37,326 nt of DNA from an uncultured bacterium. Lineage in GTDB: Bacteria > Patescibacteriota > Microgenomatia > UBA1400 > CAYNFZ01. A model generated the notes under the pieces. The model was given only the letters and a program-made list of their open reading frames with translations, was not told the origin of the DNA and ran no database searches. The stretch covers positions 1-37,326 of the forward strand of contig CBDUQH010000001.1 of the NCBI GenBank assembly GCA_965369335.1, read 5' to 3'. Position numbers and translations under genes: made by a program. Of this stretch, positions 1 to 8,504 are shown one piece after another (position 1 is the stretch's first letter; each line of letters opens with the position of its first letter).

Positions 1-318
1 TTGTATAACCTTAAAAAAACTGGACTGTTAAGTGAAATTAAAGAAAGATTTTCTCCTGTCAATAATATTGACACTGTACTAGCTGGATTCAGTGCAGGAG
101 CAATACTGCAAACTCCCACAATACAAATAGCTGGTTTGCCATCATTGGATGAAAACAATGTAGGACTAACTGATTTTAATGCTCTCAATTTTGTAGAGTT
201 CGAAGTGTTTCCTCATTATGACGATAAATACAAACAGATGATGGATGATTATTCACTAAAGAATCAAGTTAGTGTGAAACCAATATCTGATGAGGAATAC
301 TTAGTCGTAGATAAATAG
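1..318 (+). CDS. Peptidase S51 (dipeptidase E-like) family protein, C-terminal fragment; 5' end lies outside the window
   Basis: The ORF is open from the window edge. It contains a GFSAGA nucleophile-elbow motif typical of S51 peptidases. Confidence 0.55.
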   Translation: MYNLKKTGLLSEIKERFSPVNNIDTVLAGFSAGAILQTPTIQIAGLPSLDENNVGLTDFNALNFVEFEVFPHYDDKYKQMMDDYSLKNQVSVKPISDEEYLVVDK

Positions 319-550
319 GTGCTTACATCTTCAACTAATCCCTGCCGGAGACAATTCTGCACACGGCTGCGCAGCAGGCGGATAAAATAATAACTGGGTC
401 AGATGTGGTGGGAAGTGTAGGTGGCTTGAACTTAAGTATTGATCATTCTCTAAACAAGTTTATCTATAAACTTTTCTTTGTGTATATCGTCGAATGTGGC
501 GAGTGATTTAAGTATAATATTTGCATCTAAGCACAATTATTTAGTTGTTT

Positions 551-1708
551 ATGCCAAAGTTTTCTAGACTGACTCAACTTAATATTCTCCATGTTTTAAA
601 CGATGGGTTTTTGGTGAGTTTGCCGTTGTTACTTCCATTTTTACAAAAAGATTTGGGATTGAGCTTGACACAAATTGGGTTTTTGGGAACGGCTTTAAAG
701 TCTTTTGAAGTGTTTCTGGCTTTGCCGGCAAGTCATATTGCTGAAAAGGTGGGGAGTTTGCGTTTACTTTTGTTTGCAATCCTGGTGTATGGGATTGGAT
801 ATTTGTTTACGGGTTTTTCAGTAAACCTGGTTTTTCTGACAGTGGCTTTTTTACTTGCAGGTGTGGGGTTTGGCGTGTTTCATCCAGTGGCGTTTTCGTT
901 GGTTGACACTTGGTCAAAGCCAGGAAATAGAGGCAGAAATATGGGTAACTTTACTGCAATAGGTGATATTGGGAGATTGGGAATTGCCTCTGTTGTTACC
1001 TTGATTGCTGGTTACATTGGTTGGCGCTTTACATCGATACTATATGGTTTGCTTGCAATTGGGTTGTTTGTGATTTTTGCAGTCTTGGTTGGAATCAAAA
1101 AAGATGAGGAGCCTGAGCATGAAGTGGATGCAAAAAACAAGAAGAGTTTTGGCTTTGTAAGATCTAAGTATTTGTTGGTCACTTTAGCCGGTTTTTTTGA
1201 TTCACTTTCTAGCTCTGCTTTGTTTGTGTTTATCCCTTTTTTGTTGATTTTTCGAGGTGCATCTGTTGATTATCTTGGAACACTTACAGCGGCATTTTTT
1301 GTGGGCAATATGGCTGGAAAAGCTGGCTTGGGGAGATTGGTTGATAGGTTTGGGAATAGAAAAGTATTTTTTTTGGCGGAAGTTATTATGGCTTTGTGTT
1401 TATTGGTGATGACACAAGTACCTTGGGTAATTGCTATTGCAGTGGTGTCGGTATTTCTTGGTGCCCTTACAAAAGGGACTGTGCCAGTGATAATGACAAT
1501 GGTATCTGAGTCTTTGGAAAAAGGTGATTCAAGGCAAAAGGCTTATGGTTTTAATGCGTTTCTTGTGGGAATGGCGACTACTTCGGCACCGTTTCTATTG
1601 GGTCTAACTTCGGATATGTTTGGAATACAAGCAGCTTTTTATTTGAGTGCTGTCTTGGCTGTGATGGCGACTGTGCCGGTGATGGCTACAAAAATACTAA
1701 AGTTGTAA
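551..1708 (+). CDS. MFS transporter
   Basis: About 12 hydrophobic segments with a central hydrophilic loop (KKDEEPEHEVDAKNKK), and a GRLVDRFGNRK loop motif typical of MFS. The ORF track starts at TTG 545; ATG 551 is more likely. A TATAAT box lies at 523-528. Confidence 0.75.
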   Translation: MPKFSRLTQLNILHVLNDGFLVSLPLLLPFLQKDLGLSLTQIGFLGTALKSFEVFLALPASHIAEKVGSLRLLLFAILVYGIGYLFTGFSVNLVFLTVAFLLAGVGFGVFHPVAFSLVDTWSKPGNRGRNMGNFTAIGDIGRLGIASVVTLIAGYIGWRFTSILYGLLAIGLFVIFAVLVGIKKDEEPEHEVDAKNKKSFGFVRSKYLLVTLAGFFDSLSSSALFVFIPFLLIFRGASVDYLGTLTAAFFVGNMAGKAGLGRLVDRFGNRKVFFLAEVIMALCLLVMTQVPWVIAIAVVSVFLGALTKGTVPVIMTMVSESLEKGDSRQKAYGFNAFLVGMATTSAPFLLGLTSDMFGIQAAFYLSAVLAVMATVPVMATKILKL

Positions 1709-1781
1709 CTAGGATATAATTTGAGTCTGAAAGAGATTGTAATTGGCTTATCAGAAAAGGGTCAGACGCCTTAGGGCTGGT

Positions 1782-2486
1782 TTAGGCAATAAATAGTTTG
1801 TAAATGATAGTAGATGCTGTGCCGAGGCTATAGCCAAAGGCGCAATAGAGGGTGATGGGGAAATGGCGAAGGTTGTGTCTGTTTTGCCAAAGTAGTGTAG
1901 CTGAAATGATGGAGAGTAGGCCAAAGGCGTAGAGGTCGATGCCTAGTTTTTCGAAGGCTAGATTGGCGAAGAGGCCAAGCCCGATTAAAAGCCCGTTGAA
2001 TAATATTAGATATATTTGCAGGTTGGGAAGTTTTTTGGTTTGGGGTTGAGCTTTTTCGAAGAAAAGTAGAGATACTGTCATTAAAAAACTACTTAAGTAA
2101 AAGATGGTGTGACTAAAGTTGTCGTCGTTGTAGTTGATGATTTGGCAGATGGAAGAGTTGTCTTGGATGCAAAATTTGTGGTGCAGATAGTTGGTGATTT
2201 CGTGGTTGCCTGAGCTAATGCCGTGGAGGAGTATGCCTGAAGCAAAAATGATTAAAAAGAAAGAGAAGTGTTTGTGGATTTTGGGTTGGCGGTGGGTGAT
2301 TTGGAGAAAGAGGATGGTGTAGATAATGGTGATTAGTAAGGGCAAGGTGATCATGGCGTGGAAGTCTTGCCATCGGAGGAATTGATTGGGATGAACAAAG
2401 CCTTGGGTGAGGTTGGTTTTACGATTTATTGTGAGAATAATTATTGTGACGGACAAAAGAGAGAGGAGGTTGGAGACTTTTTTCAT
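1782..2486 (-). CDS. Polytopic membrane protein, unknown function
   Basis: A 234-aa ORF with about 7 hydrophobic segments. No family recognised. Confidence 0.5.
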   Translation of the reverse strand: MKKVSNLLSLLSVTIIILTINRKTNLTQGFVHPNQFLRWQDFHAMITLPLLITIIYTILFLQITHRQPKIHKHFSFFLIIFASGILLHGISSGNHEITNYLHHKFCIQDNSSICQIINYNDDNFSHTIFYLSSFLMTVSLLFFEKAQPQTKKLPNLQIYLILFNGLLIGLGLFANLAFEKLGIDLYAFGLLSIISATLLWQNRHNLRHFPITLYCAFGYSLGTASTIIYKLFIA

Positions 2487-2609
2487 AGATTAATTATAGC
2501 GTAGAAGGGCTTTGATATGCGGACGGGGGGCGAGTTGTTAACTTTTTATTAGACCTCTCAAAGTCTTACAAGATTTGTTGAAAAATGTTATTATTTGGCT
2601 TGAAACATT

Positions 2610-2801
2610 ATGGAAAGTAAGAGAAATTTAGATTTTCATCCTTTTGAAGAGGAATCTGAAAAATATAAAGGTAAGAGTGTTCCCGATATAAATGGGGTTC
2701 CTGAGGCGGTTCAAAAATATTACCTACTTAGGCATTTATATAGTTTAGGGGGGAAGCATTTGATAGCAGAACATTATTTATTGGAGAAATTAAATGACTG
2801 A
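2610..2801 (+). CDS. Small hypothetical protein (63 aa)
   Basis: Its stop overlaps the next start by 8 nt, which suggests translational coupling. No clear RBS. Confidence 0.35.
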   Translation: MESKRNLDFHPFEEESEKYKGKSVPDINGVPEAVQKYYLLRHLYSLGGKHLIAEHYLLEKLND

Positions 2802-3846
2802 ATTTCCTGAGAATGAAAACGAAAATGAGATTGAGTGGTCTGGCCCTGAAGAAGTGCAGAGTTTTGGTGATGCTATTCGAGCTTTGATGGAAAGAATTTC
2901 AAAAAATATGGACATGTACGATAGGTTAGGTGATGAAAATTACCGATTCTTTACTGATCCTGAAGAAAGGGAACAGCTGGCAGATATAGGCGCCAGAATG
3001 GTTGAATATGTGAGAGAAAATGATATTAACCAAGTTGCTTTTTTGGATGTTTCTGCGCGTTTGGGTTATGTAGTTTTTTCTGAAGCTTGGAAACAAAGAT
3101 ATCCAGATGAGCCTGTTCCTGAGAGATACTTTTTTAATCCTTTAGGTTTTGAAACTGAAGAAACGATGAGTATTGAGGATCATGGAACACCGAGATATAT
3201 GGAAGTTGCTGCCAAACAGTTTGATGATGATCAAAGTAATAGATTGAGTCATCTTCTGTGGAGATTAAGCCGACACGGATTTGGAGATGAGGATCAAAGA
3301 GTTAAAGATTTTGTGTTGGAAGAGCTGGGTGGCGTGAGGAGTGAAGAAGAAATTTTGGAAGATTTTAAGCATTCCTTTCCCAAAATAAAGCCTTCAGAAT
3401 CTAACAATAGTGATAGTCCCGAAAATAGGCTATTGATTGTGGATACTTGTGTACATAGTGGAATGTCAGTAAAACCCATAATTGGGGTGATGGAACAGCT
3501 AGGTTTTAGACAAGGCGATAACATGTTTATTGGGGTGATTGGCAATCGAGAAAATTATTCAGGAATTGATCCAGATTTTGTTGCTGTTAGTGGAAGGGTA
3601 AATAAGGGATGTTACCCTTTTGGTTTTAGATACCAAACCGAAGGCTCTGTGAAGAAAACAACCCAACGAGTTTTTTCTGAGATTGATAGACCAGATAGTA
3701 ATTTAATACTTTCTTTTTCACGAGCAGGTGATGAGAGAAAAAGACATAAAGAGACAGTGTTTAGGAAAGATAAAGAGAATAAAATTGTTGTTAAAGGTAC
3801 TTTAATCAGAAAAGAGATAAAAAAAATTATGCAATTGCATAGTTAG
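2794..3846 (+). CDS. Phosphoribosyltransferase-like domain protein with acidic N-terminal extension
   Basis: LLIVDTCVHSGMSVKP resembles the PRPP-binding loop of type I PRTases (hydrophobic-hydrophobic-D-D/T-x-x-x-S/T-G). The rest of the protein is unrecognised. Confidence 0.45.
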   Translation: MTEFPENENENEIEWSGPEEVQSFGDAIRALMERISKNMDMYDRLGDENYRFFTDPEEREQLADIGARMVEYVRENDINQVAFLDVSARLGYVVFSEAWKQRYPDEPVPERYFFNPLGFETEETMSIEDHGTPRYMEVAAKQFDDDQSNRLSHLLWRLSRHGFGDEDQRVKDFVLEELGGVRSEEEILEDFKHSFPKIKPSESNNSDSPENRLLIVDTCVHSGMSVKPIIGVMEQLGFRQGDNMFIGVIGNRENYSGIDPDFVAVSGRVNKGCYPFGFRYQTEGSVKKTTQRVFSEIDRPDSNLILSFSRAGDERKRHKETVFRKDKENKIVVKGTLIRKEIKKIMQLHS

Positions 3847-3894
3847 TTGTTGGGATTTGAAGTGAGTGGTTAGGTTTTGTGTTACAATTTGCCC

Positions 3895-4749
3895 ATGGTT
3901 GAGGAAAGAGTTGTTTCACCAGAACAAAGAATGATTGGGGGTTTTTATGAAAAGATTGATAAATCTGAGATAGTGGTTATTGGGTCTGTAAAGGGAGCGC
4001 AACAAAGAGTGTCAGGTTTGAGGCTGGCTGGAGCAGAAAAAGTGTATTCGGTTTCGGATACAAAACCTGATGGGATTTATAGTGATAAAAGTCGAGATCC
4101 TGATGTGTACAGTATTAAAAAAGCTATAGAAGGTAGTAAACAGGTTTTTGTGGAAGTTTTAGGTGGGGACTTTGGGAATATGGCGTTGGCTGAAACTGTG
4201 TCGATTGCTTTGAATCCAGATTATAAAGGTAATTTGAGTGTTAATATTGATCCAGAAGTTTCTTCTACTGAAAGTTTGTCGTCTAAAGCCAGAGAAGTTG
4301 CTAAAGATATCGAGGTAGCAAAAGGGATGGTAAGAAAAGTGGTGGCAAATAGAAGAAGTATTAATCGTGACGAGCTTAATGGTGAGAACTTTGAAGTGTT
4401 TTTTGGTGAAAATGATAGTGAGTCTACTCAAAAGGCGGTATTGGTTTTGGTGGCTGCGGCTTGTGGGGCAAGAGTGAGTGTTGGGTTTAAAAAAGCAGAT
4501 GATTCTAAGACTTCTAATGGGGTGGTGCCGGCTGAGGTCAGTGGAGTGGGAACTAATGACCCAATTGAAGGTAAGTTGATTAATGGAGTGCCAGCTTGGA
4601 TGCCTTGGGCATGTTTGGTGCACGGGAGTGAGTTTGGAGTCGATTATGTTGGAGAGGAAAAGAAAGAGGGGAGTTTGGAGAGTGTTGATGAATTATTGGA
4701 AAGATTGAAAGAAAAAAGTGAGTTTGTAAGGGGTATAGTTAATCAGTAA
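3895..4749 (+). CDS. Hypothetical protein
   Basis: The long ORF is listed in the track from TTG 3877; ATG 3895 is preferred. No motif recognised. Confidence 0.5.
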   Translation: MVEERVVSPEQRMIGGFYEKIDKSEIVVIGSVKGAQQRVSGLRLAGAEKVYSVSDTKPDGIYSDKSRDPDVYSIKKAIEGSKQVFVEVLGGDFGNMALAETVSIALNPDYKGNLSVNIDPEVSSTESLSSKAREVAKDIEVAKGMVRKVVANRRSINRDELNGENFEVFFGENDSESTQKAVLVLVAAACGARVSVGFKKADDSKTSNGVVPAEVSGVGTNDPIEGKLINGVPAWMPWACLVHGSEFGVDYVGEEKKEGSLESVDELLERLKEKSEFVRGIVNQ

Positions 4750-4775
4750 ATAGTTTGATGTTTATAAGTGAAGTG

Positions 4776-5726
4776 TTAATTGACTAGATTTTGGGGTTTG
4801 TTGTTGATAAATGAAGTGATGTTGGAAATGATGATGTTGGGTAAATTTTGTTCAAATGATTCTTTGGTGTATGAACCAATGTGTGGTGTAAACACTACGT
4901 TGGAAAGTTTAAGTAGCGGGTCGTTTGTATCTAGTTCGACTACGTCTAACCCAGCACCAGCTATCTGGTGAGTGGATAAGGCATGGTGAAGTGCTTTTGT
5001 GTTGATAAGTTTGCCCCGACCAAGGTTGAGGATGATTGCGTGTTTTTTCATTAAAGAGATTTCCTGGGTTGAGATGAGATTGTCAGAATCAGAGTTGAGA
5101 GGTAGGTGGAGTGAAACAATATCAGATTTTTGGAGAAGCTGAGGTAGGTCGACTTGTTGGACACCTGGTATGTTTTTGGGTGATCGGTTGTAGCCTAATA
5201 CTTTCATGCCCAGTCCTTGAGCTAAGTGTGCCACTATCGAACCAATATTGCCCAGTCCAATAACACCAAGAGTTTTGCCTTTGAGTTCAAAACCTATAAA
5301 AGATCTTCCTGCTTGGCTCACTGGATCAAGGTCGTCGATTGGGTGAGCTCTAAAAGTGGTGTCGCCGCGTGGGATTTGGCGCACGACTGCAAACATAAGT
5401 CCAATGGCAAGTTCTGCTACAGATTGTTTGGAGAACCCTGGAATGTTGGCAACTTTGGTGTTGTTTTGAGAAGCTGTATCTAGGTCTACCTCTGAATAAG
5501 CAGTTGTGTTGAGAGCTAAGAGTTTTAGTTTGGGACAAGCCTTGAAGATAGTTGAGTCGTACGTGGTTAAAAATTGATCGACAATGGCGATATCTGCATC
5601 GTTGATTCTTTCGATAGCGAGTTGAGCGGTGTTGGTCTTGTCGAAAATTTTGAGATCTCCAAGTGTTTTGAGTTTGTTTAGGTGGGTTTGATTAAAGAAA
5701 CAGTCGTTTAGAATCACTATTTTCAT
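4776..5726 (-). CDS. D-isomer-specific 2-hydroxyacid dehydrogenase (phosphoglycerate/glycerate dehydrogenase-like)
   Basis: GKTLGVIGLGNIGSIVA is a Rossmann NAD motif. Downstream RGKLIN...GAGLDV...TPHIGS matches the catalytic R/E/H region of the family. Confidence 0.85.
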   Translation of the reverse strand: MKIVILNDCFFNQTHLNKLKTLGDLKIFDKTNTAQLAIERINDADIAIVDQFLTTYDSTIFKACPKLKLLALNTTAYSEVDLDTASQNNTKVANIPGFSKQSVAELAIGLMFAVVRQIPRGDTTFRAHPIDDLDPVSQAGRSFIGFELKGKTLGVIGLGNIGSIVAHLAQGLGMKVLGYNRSPKNIPGVQQVDLPQLLQKSDIVSLHLPLNSDSDNLISTQEISLMKKHAIILNLGRGKLINTKALHHALSTHQIAGAGLDVVELDTNDPLLKLSNVVFTPHIGSYTKESFEQNLPNIIISNITSFINNKPQNLVN

Positions 5727-5816
5727 GTTGTGAGTATTATACAGATAATGTTTAAGGTGTGTTAATTAAGACTGAAGAGAGGTTGAGTGAGCAAGCTTAG
5801 CTGCATATAATAAGGT

Positions 5817-6359
5817 ATGAAGAAAATATTGATGTTGTTGTTGGGTTTGTTAGTTGTATCGTTTCCTGATGGTGTGATGGCGAGTAACTACAAACCGGTG
5901 ATGTATGTGACGAGTGATAATTCACAGGTGTTGGAAGGGAATCGAGTTGAGATGGAGTTGGTGGTGAATACTTTGGGCAATAAAGTGAGCAAGATCAACG
6001 CGGTAGTAGCGGTGAGTGGAGCGATTAGAGCCAATGGGGTGACATACAATATGCATCCACTTCATGAGCAAAGGCTACATGATAGTTCGGGTTTGAAATT
6101 GGAAAATTACTCTACAAAAGAGTTGTCTGGTAACTCGGTTCAGTCGGAGTTGGAGTTAAGAGCGATTGATTCATCTGGATTTAATGAAGGTTCAGCCGCG
6201 ATTTCCAAAGGAGTAGCTGATCAGCTTTATAGTTATCATCGTAGTGAAGGTTCAGTTTTTGACGAGGTTCGATCAATTGATGAGCTTTTGGAGTTGACGA
6301 TAAACAAGTTGGACTTCGTAAAGACTAAGCGAAATAAAGATAGAGATTATTTAGGGTAA
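5817..6359 (+). CDS. Secreted protein, unknown function
   Basis: N-terminal signal peptide MKKILMLLLGLLVVSFPDGVMA followed by a beta-rich region. A cohesin-like fold is only a guess. Confidence 0.55.
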   Translation: MKKILMLLLGLLVVSFPDGVMASNYKPVMYVTSDNSQVLEGNRVEMELVVNTLGNKVSKINAVVAVSGAIRANGVTYNMHPLHEQRLHDSSGLKLENYSTKELSGNSVQSELELRAIDSSGFNEGSAAISKGVADQLYSYHRSEGSVFDEVRSIDELLELTINKLDFVKTKRNKDRDYLG

Positions 6360-6454
6360 AAAGAGGGTTGTTTTAATGGGATTGGATTTTTTCCCGAGGT
6401 TGCTTGAGTAGCTAACCTCGGAGGTTGGAGTGGGGAGTGTGATATAACTTTAGA

Positions 6455-7279
6455 GTGGTAGATGTATTTTTAGAGACTTTTGTTTTGTATTCGAAGGCGA
6501 TTTTGCCATGGTTAATTTTTGGCATGGTGTTGGGGATGGTGGTGGAGAAGAAGGTTAGACGGAGTTGGATTAGGGAGTATTTTGGCAAGTTTAGTTTGGG
6601 CAAGTTGGTGATGGCACAGGTATTGGGGATGTTGTCGCCGCTTAGTATTATGTCTTTTATTCCGATTGCGGCAGAGCTGGGGGCGATGGGGGCAAGTCCA
6701 GGGTTATTGTTTAGTTTTTTTATTGCTGAGAGGGCTTATGATTTACAGGCGTTTTTAATTGTGGGGAGTTTGTTTGGGTGGAGGGTGGCGGTTATCAATG
6801 TGGTGACTATATTTGTGGCATTGGTGGTGACGGCAATTTATTTGAAGAGACGGCCAATTGAGTTTAGTTACAAAGAAAAGCGCAAAAAGAAAGATGGATT
6901 TTGGATGAGGCAAGTGAGGCTATTGCTGACGGTGGGGGTGGGGATAGTGATTGGAGCGAGTTTAAAAGTGATGGTGCCTGAGGGAGTTTTTAGTGGGATT
7001 GCTGGTAGTGATTGGGGCGGAACTTTGAGTGCATTGGTGATGGGATTTAGTTTTTATTTTGGCCCACTTTTGGGCAACTATCCTGTGATTAAGGCCTTTG
7101 CGGATTTGGGGATGAGCCAAATGGGAGTGTTGACTTTTTTGAGCGTGTCTCCGGTTTTTAATTTTGTGATTATTATGATGTTTAGTGGGTTGGTGGGAGT
7201 GAAAGAGACCGTCAAACCGGTGGCTATTTATGCGATTGTGAGTTTGGTTTTGTCGGTGGGGTTGGGGATGTTATTTTAA
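6455..7279 (+). CDS. Predicted permease (possibly ArsP/DUF318-type)
   Basis: 274 aa with about 8 TM segments and a central basic loop (KRRPIEFSYKEKRKKKD), the layout of two-repeat permeases. GTG start. Confidence 0.55.
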   Translation: MVDVFLETFVLYSKAILPWLIFGMVLGMVVEKKVRRSWIREYFGKFSLGKLVMAQVLGMLSPLSIMSFIPIAAELGAMGASPGLLFSFFIAERAYDLQAFLIVGSLFGWRVAVINVVTIFVALVVTAIYLKRRPIEFSYKEKRKKKDGFWMRQVRLLLTVGVGIVIGASLKVMVPEGVFSGIAGSDWGGTLSALVMGFSFYFGPLLGNYPVIKAFADLGMSQMGVLTFLSVSPVFNFVIIMMFSGLVGVKETVKPVAIYAIVSLVLSVGLGMLF

Positions 7280-7301
7280 TTTAAATGGTATGATTTGAGA
7301 T

Positions 7302-8009
7302 ATGAAGTTTGTTAATGAAGAGGTGGAGTTTAAGTTTGAGTTGCAAAAAGAAAGAAGAGTATTGCAACTCAATATCAATCATCAAGAGCTACTAGAGCTG
7401 TTGAATTTGGTGTCAAAAGGTAGAAAACCAGGGTTTAACAAAGTGATATTTAAAAGTAATAACTCTAAAATTTTGGGGTGTTTTCGAAAAAGTGAAGCTT
7501 TGATATTGATATACCCTGAGTCAATCCTTGAACAAGTTTTTTTTGACTATCGATTTATGGGTAAAAAAGTTGTTAACAAGGCTGATGTGGAAGATCTTGA
7601 GAAAGACTATAAGAAGCTGTTGTTGGAAACTATTCTGGAAGAATTGATTCATGGGTATCAAGATTTAAGTTTAATTCGTTATAAACCTTGGCAGATGAAG
7701 TTAACTATGTGTGGCTTTCCTTTTATTTTTTTATGTTTAGTTGTGGGTAGCTTTGGTTTGTTATATTATCCATTGATCGCTGCTGTGTTAATTGTTTTTT
7801 CTATTTTATTAAGTTTACTAATGAGTGGATTTTTGTACTGGTTTGTTTTGGATATAAAAAAGGGCAAGTTTTACCACAAAGATCCAGTTGAAGTGGAGGC
7901 TAAAAAGGAAAAGAAGAGTAAATCTTTATTTGTCCAAGCGGAAAGGGCTTTTGATGTTAATGTTAATTTGGATAGGAAGTCTTTGAGCAGGTTTAAGAAA
8001 CTGAAATAG
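7302..8009 (+). CDS. Hypothetical protein with two C-terminal TM helices
   Basis: The ORF starts 22 nt after the permease gene. TM pair at residues ~145-190 and a basic tail. Confidence 0.5.
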   Translation: MKFVNEEVEFKFELQKERRVLQLNINHQELLELLNLVSKGRKPGFNKVIFKSNNSKILGCFRKSEALILIYPESILEQVFFDYRFMGKKVVNKADVEDLEKDYKKLLLETILEELIHGYQDLSLIRYKPWQMKLTMCGFPFIFLCLVVGSFGLLYYPLIAAVLIVFSILLSLLMSGFLYWFVLDIKKGKFYHKDPVEVEAKKEKKSKSLFVQAERAFDVNVNLDRKSLSRFKKLK

Positions 8010-8022
8010 AGGTGTAGATAAA

Positions 8023-8448
8023 TTATCTGACGGTGAATGAGTAGAAGAGGCCAAAGAGGCTAAGGACAACCACACATGTGTGGATGAGTTGGTAGATGAT
8101 TCGAGCGTCGTTGGTTTTGAGCCAAGGTGTGTGTCTGCCGATTGGTGGAGTGTAATCTGAGTTGGCAGCCTGGTGGGCGAGCCAGTAGATGACTTCGTAG
8201 CCTGATCTAACTATCCAAAAAATTAGGTGGTATCTGACTAGCCAGAGGAGAGTGAGTTTGAAGAGTATGGCGAGTGTGGCAGAGGCAATCCAAAAAGGAG
8301 CTAAAACTAGACCATCCCCCCAGACGTAAATGCCTAGAGGGCTTAAGATGATGGTGTCTGTGTAGAATTGGTTGTGTTTGGATTTTAGGTATGAAGTGTA
8401 AGTGATGATGAAGTTGGTTGCAATTAGTGTGAGAAGATAGTAGGTCAT
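8023..8448 (-). CDS. Small membrane protein (4 TM)
   Basis: A 141-aa hydrophobic ORF, convergent with the preceding gene. Confidence 0.5.
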   Translation of the reverse strand: MTYYLLTLIATNFIITYTSYLKSKHNQFYTDTIILSPLGIYVWGDGLVLAPFWIASATLAILFKLTLLWLVRYHLIFWIVRSGYEVIYWLAHQAANSDYTPPIGRHTPWLKTNDARIIYQLIHTCVVVLSLFGLFYSFTVR

Positions 8449-8504
8449 AGAGTGATTATAGCCGAGAAGTGATTGAAAATTTGTTTCAAAAAAAGTTATT
8501 ATAG

